From IMG/VR virus record IMGVR_UViG_3300020048_000097: 64,000 nucleotides of DNA; one strand, given 5' to 3'. The position numbers were made by a program, and so were the translations under genes. Positions 57,602 through 64,000 of the stretch are shown here, one piece after another. The stretch's first letter is position 1, and each line of letters starts with the position of its first letter. Origin of the DNA: an uncultured virus (IMG/VR IMGVR_UViG_3300020048_000097). Taxonomy: Duplodnaviria; Heunggongvirae; Uroviricota; Caudoviricetes. The notes under the pieces are model-generated. The model saw nothing but the letters and a program-made list of their open reading frames with translations, did not search any database and was not told where the DNA came from.

Positions 57602-58354
57602 ATGTCTATTAATAACAGAGAAGATGCAAATAAATATTATCAAGAAATCAATAAATTGATTGATGATTATATGGAGAGTGGTAAAATAAGACCATCTAAT
57701 TTAAAAGAATATTTAAAGCCGGGTTCTGATAGATCTAAAAAGTTTCTTGCTAGAAATAATTATAAAGAGGTTGCTGGTATCGATCAGGTTTTTTCTGATG
57801 TTATTGAAGATCGTGTAAATATGGAAAGAGATGGTGTTTTATCATTCGAGAATTTTAAATTTTTTGAATCTGATGAATTTAAATTTAGTTCACTAACACA
57901 ATGTTTATACAAAGGAGTTGGAAAGGCTGATCGTGATATGGAAAAAACATTAGCAAATGTATTTAAAACTGATCTAGGATCTTTAGATTCTGAATCCGAA
58001 GAAAGTGTAGATAGTTATCTAAGTTCAATTGACGGAAAAGATACTTATAAGCATTTATTTAAAATAGATGATTGGGGTAAAAATATAGAGACGGTTATTT
58101 ACTCAAAAGAAGATTTAGATATAATTTATTTAAATGTTGTTGAATATTTATATGATGAGTTTCAAAAGAAAGAAATTGAAATTGTACCGGGTATTAAAAT
58201 TGCTTTAAAAAGTATGATTGATAAAAGTGGTTTCGAAAAAGGTATGCATTTATATTTTGAAGAAGATATTTGGTTAAATCTTGTTGGATCTTTATTAGAA
58301 ATGGAATTTCATAAACAAGTTGGTGAGTACTATATTTGGGTAAAAAATGCATAA
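57602..58354 (+). CDS. Hypothetical protein (internal VLSFENF motif)
   Basis: ORF. Confidence 0.75.
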   Translation: MSINNREDANKYYQEINKLIDDYMESGKIRPSNLKEYLKPGSDRSKKFLARNNYKEVAGIDQVFSDVIEDRVNMERDGVLSFENFKFFESDEFKFSSLTQCLYKGVGKADRDMEKTLANVFKTDLGSLDSESEESVDSYLSSIDGKDTYKHLFKIDDWGKNIETVIYSKEDLDIIYLNVVEYLYDEFQKKEIEIVPGIKIALKSMIDKSGFEKGMHLYFEEDIWLNLVGSLLEMEFHKQVGEYYIWVKNA

Positions 58355-58442
58355 TTTCATGCAACATCATGATATATAATAACTATAATTTTGTTTTTTC
58401 CGAATTTTACTTGAAATATATAAAGAAAATTAATCTATAAAT

Positions 58443-59258
58443 ATGTTATTAAAAAATGGATCTAACGGAGATGATGTTAAGAAACTTCAGGAAAAGTTAG
58501 GATTGAAAGTAGATGGTTCTTTTGGACCTGGAACCGAAAAAGCAGTTAAAGAATGGCAAACAAAAAACGGATTGACTGCGGACGGAGTTATCGGTGATAA
58601 AAGCTGGCAACTTTTGGCTTTATTCGGAACAAAAAAAGAAGAGTTTGTAATACCTGCAAGTGAATTTAAACTTGAAGCACTAAAAGGACATCTTCCAGAA
58701 TCTGTTATAGCACAGATACCTGAAACTGCTAAAAAATTCAATATTACAAACGTATTGAGACTATCTCATTTCTTGGCACAATGTGGTCATGAGTCTGGTG
58801 GATTCAAAGCGGTTTCTGAAAACCTAAACTATTCTGCTGACGGATTGAAAAAAATATTTGGAAAGTATTTTCCTGGAGACACTACTGCTTATGCTAGAAA
58901 TCCAGAAAAGATTGCATCCAAAGTTTATGCAAACAGAATGGGTAATGGAGACGAAAATTCTAAAGAAGGATTCAAGTTCAGAGGTAGAGGATATATCCAG
59001 TTGACCGGAAAATCAAACTATCAAGGATTCACAAAATTCATTGGTGAGGATTGCGTAGCAAATCCTGATTTAGTAGCGACTAAATATCCATTGGCATCTG
59101 CTGCATTCTTTTTTGATTCTAATAAACTATGGTCTATTTGTGATAAAGGTGCAGATGATGCAACGGTGACTGCAGTTACTAAAAGAGTTAATGGTGGTAC
59201 AATAGGACTACCAGATAGAATTAAACATTTTAAAGAGTTTTATAACCTTCTAAAATAA
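58443..59258 (+). CDS. Endolysin: peptidoglycan-binding domain plus GH19
   Basis: LKNGS.G.DVKKLQ..LGL..DG.FG, HFLAQCGHES, ENLNYS, RGRGYIQLTG and VNGG motifs. Confidence 0.92.
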   Translation: MLLKNGSNGDDVKKLQEKLGLKVDGSFGPGTEKAVKEWQTKNGLTADGVIGDKSWQLLALFGTKKEEFVIPASEFKLEALKGHLPESVIAQIPETAKKFNITNVLRLSHFLAQCGHESGGFKAVSENLNYSADGLKKIFGKYFPGDTTAYARNPEKIASKVYANRMGNGDENSKEGFKFRGRGYIQLTGKSNYQGFTKFIGEDCVANPDLVATKYPLASAAFFFDSNKLWSICDKGADDATVTAVTKRVNGGTIGLPDRIKHFKEFYNLLK

Positions 59259-59259
59259 G

Positions 59260-59286
59260 AAAAGAGAGCCTAAAAGCTCTCTTTTT
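59260..59286. terminator. Bidirectional terminator
   Basis: AAAAGAGAGCCTAAAAGCTCTCTTTTT. Confidence 0.75.
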
Positions 59287-59950
59287 CGTTATCAACTATA
59301 ATATCTATTTTAGCATCTCTTACTATTGATTTGAAATCTGGTAATCTTTTCTCAATCGCATTTAATATATTAATTTTAGAGAAAAAACCAGAATATATTA
59401 CTATATGTAATTCTTCTGCGTGTGTTAACTTAAGTGTTAGATTAGGTTGTAACCTTATTATAAGTTTATAACCTTTTTCTAATTCTAATGTAAATGAGTT
59501 TTCATACTCAGCACCATAATTAAACTCACCTGATGTAAATCCAATTTGTTTAAACCATTCCGTAGCAAAATTATGTTTTTTGTATCTACAAGTTAATTTA
59601 GTTTCTGTATCATAGTATGAAAACCTAGAAGGCATTATTCTGAAATCATCCTCAGTGCCAATTTCATAAGGATCATCATCTATTAACTCAGATAATATGA
59701 TATCTCTTCTATCTGAGTTGTCAGATATTGTTAACTTTTTAATTTTTAATGATGTATCAGTATCAAATAAAAAGTGTGTCATACCTGTTTCTTCTGCAAT
59801 TTTTTCACATTTATCTATAAGACTTTGTTCTATATCAGCGGTCTCTCTTTTTAATTCACCAAGATCTTCTATAAACCCAACTGGTTTGCTACCATCATTA
59901 ATTTCTATTGCGGTTGTTCCATCTGGAAGAGTAACCATATTAATTTCCAT
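59270..59950 (-). CDS. Hypothetical protein with RDAKIDIIV motif
   Basis: ORF. Confidence 0.7.
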   Translation of the reverse strand: MEINMVTLPDGTTAIEINDGSKPVGFIEDLGELKRETADIEQSLIDKCEKIAEETGMTHFLFDTDTSLKIKKLTISDNSDRRDIILSELIDDDPYEIGTEDDFRIMPSRFSYYDTETKLTCRYKKHNFATEWFKQIGFTSGEFNYGAEYENSFTLELEKGYKLIIRLQPNLTLKLTHAEELHIVIYSGFFSKINILNAIEKRLPDFKSIVRDAKIDIIVDNEKESF

Positions 59951-60161
59951 TTAATTTGTAATTTTTTTCATGATCAAATCGATCATTAAATTTTTGAAGA
60001 GTTTGACATTTTTCAAATTCTTCTTTTAATTCAAAGTACTGAATCATATCTTTTATGAATTCCTTAGTATAAGGTTTTAACTTTTCATCAAAATGTTTAC
60101 CTTCTTTAATCCTATCATAACTATTGTTGATAAGAAAATCATAACTGTGTATTGTTGTCAT
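59940..60161 (-). CDS. Small protein with UVR-like motif
   Basis: YFELKEEFEKCQ.L. Confidence 0.55.
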   Translation of the reverse strand: MTTIHSYDFLINNSYDRIKEGKHFDEKLKPYTKEFIKDMIQYFELKEEFEKCQTLQKFNDRFDHEKNYKLNGN

Positions 60162-60796
60162 TACTCTTTACTTTTTTGATCTAAAAAATCTATTTCTTCT
60201 TGTGATAGAAAATTTCTGTTATAACCATTTTTTGCTAATTTGTCTAGAATTTCATCTAAGTCAAATTTATTTTCATTATCGATAACTATTTGATCAACTT
60301 CTGAATCTTGTTCTTCTGTAACAAAGTTGAAATTTAAACCATCCATAGATGAAGATTTAAATTCGTTAACTCTGCTTTCGAATTCACTTTTAGATATTTT
60401 AGTACCCATAATTTCAATTACATCATCGATTTCTGTTTTGTATATTTCACATATTTCAGAAATTAATTTATTTTTAAGATTCTCATCAACTATTTCGGTT
60501 GTGTATAAGCATTTATTATCTTTGAATATACACACCATTTGTTTATCAATAAGATAGATAATACTTACATCTTTCCAGTCTTTTAGATTGGTGTCAATAA
60601 ATATTGTTTCATTTACTCTACTAACAAAGTTGGTTGTACCAGTTTTTAGATTATTGATAATCTCTTTGAATTGATTAGAACTATCGTCTATTATCTTTTT
60701 ACTTTTTAGATATTTACCCAATGAATCTATAATCATATAGAAAAGTATTCCTAATACGAAACTACCGCCTAAAAGAATGATGTTTGAAGTGCTCAT
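60161..60796 (-). CDS. N-terminal TM protein with C-terminal DUF6576-like module
   Basis: LDEILDKLAKNGY...LSQEEIDFL. Confidence 0.7.
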   Translation of the reverse strand: MSTSNIILLGGSFVLGILFYMIIDSLGKYLKSKKIIDDSSNQFKEIINNLKTGTTNFVSRVNETIFIDTNLKDWKDVSIIYLIDKQMVCIFKDNKCLYTTEIVDENLKNKLISEICEIYKTEIDDVIEIMGTKISKSEFESRVNEFKSSSMDGLNFNFVTEEQDSEVDQIVIDNENKFDLDEILDKLAKNGYNRNFLSQEEIDFLDQKSKE

Positions 60797-60815
60797 AATT
60801 TTTATTTAATTTATA

Positions 60816-62003
60816 TTATACGTTATATATACTTTTTCTAATTTTGATCAATAAATCATTAACAAAGTCTTTATCTACTTTATCAGGTAGATTAGAATTA
60901 GCGAATAATTCATCAATTTCAACAATTTCTTTTTCGACCTCATCAATTAAAGTTTCTAGATCAATTTCACCTCTTCTAATTGAGATTAGATATTCAGCAT
61001 CATCTCTACGAACGTTGATACCTTTACCTTCAGCAATTTCTCTAGCCATAGACATTAAACGTTTAGAGTGCATCATATTCTTACCATCAATCTTTTGACC
61101 GTGAGATTTAACATCGACCCATCTAGCATCGTTTTTATTTGCTAACCAATCTTCATAAGATTTAAAATCTTTACAATGTTCTGAATAACCATCTTTGTTA
61201 TAGACGATATTACAGATTGGAGTTTCACCTTTTGGAATGGAAGAAAGTCTAAGTGCATTTGATTCGGCTACGTTATCACCTTCACCAGTCTTTACAAGTC
61301 CTTTATAACCAAATCCCATTGAGTGACCTTCTTCTTTTCTCCATGCTTTAGCTTTTTCCCTCAAGTCTTCTGGAATCCTTTCATTAAAACAGTTGTTAGC
61401 ATCTGTATCAAAATAAACAGCATATGAATCTCTAGCATTTGGTACATTTACAACTCCACAGAACTTTTCTTCAAACCCCTTATCAGAGTTCCATTTTTTC
61501 CAAGGAATAGATTTTGGTCCTTCAATCACATAAACAAAGTCAAGAACATCTTTACGAGTTACTTTATCTTTTTCCCAGTTTTGTTTTTTGTTTTGTCCTT
61601 TTGCTTTTTGAATTTGCATCTTACCATAACCACCAAAAGATTTAGCACAAATCTTAGTAATAAATACATCTCTGTTATTTAGAATCTCATCAAAGATTGG
61701 ATCTTTATAGACAATACAATCTTCGGGTGTATTAAGTAATTCTAATATGGTTGGATTATTAGATGATAATAAATCTAGAAATCTTCTAATCTCATAAATA
61801 ACGGTATCGTTTTTATCATCATTAATTTGCTCAGTATAATTGAAACCGAGAATATCTTCCATTTTTTGGATAAATACACCTGCGTAATCAGTATCTGAAG
61901 TTTCTACGTTAGTACCATATGCGTGAGATCCTCTAATAACAAGTAGTAAAGGTTTTGCGCCTGGTGACTTATCTTCGATAAATTTGAATAATTCTTCTTT
62001 CAT
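60816..62003 (-). CDS. Pol-beta-superfamily nucleotidyltransferase (phage/YcgL-like)
   Basis: GSHAYG.....SD.D, NP.ILELL, K..MH..RL and L..IR.G motifs. Confidence 0.85.
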   Translation of the reverse strand: MKEELFKFIEDKSPGAKPLLLVIRGSHAYGTNVETSDTDYAGVFIQKMEDILGFNYTEQINDDKNDTVIYEIRRFLDLLSSNNPTILELLNTPEDCIVYKDPIFDEILNNRDVFITKICAKSFGGYGKMQIQKAKGQNKKQNWEKDKVTRKDVLDFVYVIEGPKSIPWKKWNSDKGFEEKFCGVVNVPNARDSYAVYFDTDANNCFNERIPEDLREKAKAWRKEEGHSMGFGYKGLVKTGEGDNVAESNALRLSSIPKGETPICNIVYNKDGYSEHCKDFKSYEDWLANKNDARWVDVKSHGQKIDGKNMMHSKRLMSMAREIAEGKGINVRRDDAEYLISIRRGEIDLETLIDEVEKEIVEIDELFANSNLPDKVDKDFVNDLLIKIRKSIYNV

Positions 62004-62018
62004 ATAAATTGTTTTATG

Positions 62019-62050
62019 CAAATATAGTAAATTAATTCTAAAAAGCCAAA
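62019..62050 (-). promoter_or_regulatory. Bacteroidota sigma70-type promoter
   Basis: TTTG-20 nt-TATATTTG. Confidence 0.7.
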
Positions 62051-62086
62051 GTAAAATTTAATATATAATAAAAAATAATAAATTTT

Positions 62087-63085
62087 ATGCCAGGAACAGG
62101 TAGTTACGTGGGTACGAATGTAAATGCTAATTATATTTATCAAGTTGGTGATGCTTTATATGAATTAAAGGATAATACATCTAACTTAATAAAACCACAA
62201 GATATTAGAGACTCTATATGGACTTTATGGAATAGAATAGATGATACTCAGATAATAGCAAGTCAATCTTTATCAGCATCATCAGGTACTACATATACAA
62301 ATAGTAATACTACAACGATTACTGTTGGTGGTATTGCTATTGGTTCATCATTTTCTGCAACTTATTCAGTTCAACAGATGTTTGACTTGTTACTTTATCC
62401 TTATACGGCACCAACACTTGCTATGAGTGCAAATAATACACCTAGACAATTTGGTAGTTCAACGGCGGTTACATTAACTTGGTCTGTTGTTAAGACTAAA
62501 GAAGCAATAACCGCAATAACCGTTGATGGTTCTAGTATTGTTGCAAATGGTGGTAATCAAAATGCTACAAAATCAACTACTGCTACACATAGTTTAGTAC
62601 CAACGGCGGTTCAAGAAATACAAACATATACTATGTCTGTTGTTGATTCTGCTTTAAAAACAACTACAAAAACCGCGACTGTTACTTGGCAAAATAAAAT
62701 ATATTGGGGTAATATTGATTTAAGTAGTTTGAGTAATCCTAACTTAACGACATCACCATCTTCTGCATCTTCTGTTGGTTCTTATATAACACCTCTTATG
62801 ATTAGAAGTCTTACAGGTGCTGGCGTTTCACCTGGATCTGTATTAGCGACTAGTTATTCTAAAACATATACAGGTATAAATGGAGCAAGTAAATATTTAA
62901 TATTTGCTCATCCTACTATTTTTGGATCAGCACCAACATTTGTAGTTAATGGATTGGCAAATAGTGCATTTACAAAAGTTTGGAGTTCAAATACATTTGT
63001 TAATGAAAGTGGATTTAGTTCAAATTATGATGTTTGGGTTAGTAATACGGCATATAATGGTGCTGCTAATATAATAATAAGTTAA
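62087..63085 (+). CDS. Ser/Thr-rich virion structural protein (tail/fiber-associated, Ig-like)
   Basis: Composition, TAATATATA upstream, adjacent to a fiber-like gene. Confidence 0.65.
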   Translation: MPGTGSYVGTNVNANYIYQVGDALYELKDNTSNLIKPQDIRDSIWTLWNRIDDTQIIASQSLSASSGTTYTNSNTTTITVGGIAIGSSFSATYSVQQMFDLLLYPYTAPTLAMSANNTPRQFGSSTAVTLTWSVVKTKEAITAITVDGSSIVANGGNQNATKSTTATHSLVPTAVQEIQTYTMSVVDSALKTTTKTATVTWQNKIYWGNIDLSSLSNPNLTTSPSSASSVGSYITPLMIRSLTGAGVSPGSVLATSYSKTYTGINGASKYLIFAHPTIFGSAPTFVVNGLANSAFTKVWSSNTFVNESGFSSNYDVWVSNTAYNGAANIIIS

Positions 63086-63103
63086 AAAATATAAATATAA
63101 AAT

Positions 63104-64000
63104 ATGCCAAATCTTAAACCTGGTATTGCTACCGCAAGTAATGGAAATAATATAGGTACCCTTGTTGGTGCTGCGATAAGACCAATTAATCCTTTTGATC
63201 AAATTGCGTCTGCTTATTCTTTTGAGATAAACGGTGGTTTGCACTCTTATGAAACTATTGTACAAAGAGATCAAATAATACAAGAGCGAAGAGATTGGGG
63301 AATGCTTGTTAATGTTTATAATAATGTTTCTGATACTACAAAGAATAATACATATCAATTAAAGTATGGTGTTAGTAGTACAACTATAACAGATAATTCT
63401 AACTGGGTTATATTTGCTGGTGGATCAGGTGCTGGTGGTGGTAGTTCATATTGGATTGATCCTGTTAAGTCTATATTGAGTTTACAACCAATTGGTCCTG
63501 TTGATGGTGATCGATATATATTAGGTCCTGCGCCAAGTGGTTCGATTTGGGGAACTCTTAGTGAATCAACTATTGTTCAATGGAATTCTACGCTTAGTAA
63601 ATGGGAAATTACTTTACCAAAGGAGAGTATGACTGTTAGGGTTAATAATCAAAACAATGCAATATATATTTATGAAACAAGTTGGGTAAAGGAAAAACAA
63701 AATCAAGTAATTCCTTTAACGGCAACAAGTTCAAATGGTACTTCTTATTTTGGAACAGTTGATCGTCTATTTTCTTATGAGCCAGACACAATATTTGTTG
63801 TTCAATTTGCTACGGCGAACACTGGTTCGACATTCACATTAAATTTAAATGGTTTGGGTACAAAAACGGTTAAACAACAAATTAACTCAGGTATTTCTGA
63901 TTTTGTAGCAAAGGAAATAAGCACAAGTGTTGTTTATAATTTACAATATGATGGTACTTATTTTAGATTAACTAAGCCTACTAGTGCTCCTACTTTGGTT
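63104..64000 (+). CDS. Tail fiber-like protein, N-terminal part (runs off window)
   Basis: Hand translation MPNLKPGIAT... is open to the window end and includes a DUF2793-like P..GDRYI...G.W segment. Confidence 0.7.
   Translation, partial: MPNLKPGIATASNGNNIGTLVGAAIRPINPFDQIASAYSFEINGGLHSYETIVQRDQIIQERRDWGMLVNVYNNVSDTTKNNTYQLKYGVSSTTITDNSNWVIFAGGSGAGGGSSYWIDPVKSILSLQPIGPVDGDRYILGPAPSGSIWGTLSESTIVQWNSTLSKWEITLPKESMTVRVNNQNNAIYIYETSWVKEKQNQVIPLTATSSNGTSYFGTVDRLFSYEPDTIFVVQFATANTGSTFTLNLNGLGTKTVKQQINSGISDFVAKEISTSVVYNLQYDGTYFRLTKPTSAPTLV

Overview
AT-rich segment of a T4-like jumbo (huge) phage genome using the standard genetic code. The host is very probably Bacteroidota, judged from TTTG-N20/21-TAnnTTTG promoters and A-rich, SD-less start regions. 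The window holds 11 minus-strand tRNA genes plus a tRNA remnant. It has a baseplate/tail-tip module (gp48/54-, gp53-, gp5- and gp27-like genes, tail hydrolases) and replication genes (UvsW, primase, C-terminal half of a split family-B polymerase, sliding clamp, UvsY-like). It also has six predicted peptidoglycan-acting proteins, host-like enzymes (M42 peptidase, SlyD, SerA, ClpP, PLP aminotransferase, glycosyltransferase plus LpxH-like hydrolase) and many hypothetical proteins sharing short motifs. The most striking feature is missing from the ORF track: a 37-codon leader ORF (1160->1047) whose first 25 codons mostly mirror the tRNAs downstream. It contains a 12-nt antiterminator and is followed by an intrinsic terminator immediately before the 10-tRNA array. 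This looks like a ribosome-stalling transcription attenuator that would switch on phage tRNAs when matching host tRNAs are depleted. All protein calls come from motif recognition by eye, not from database searches. Three 10-N gaps (6301, 9323, 17812) interrupt genes.
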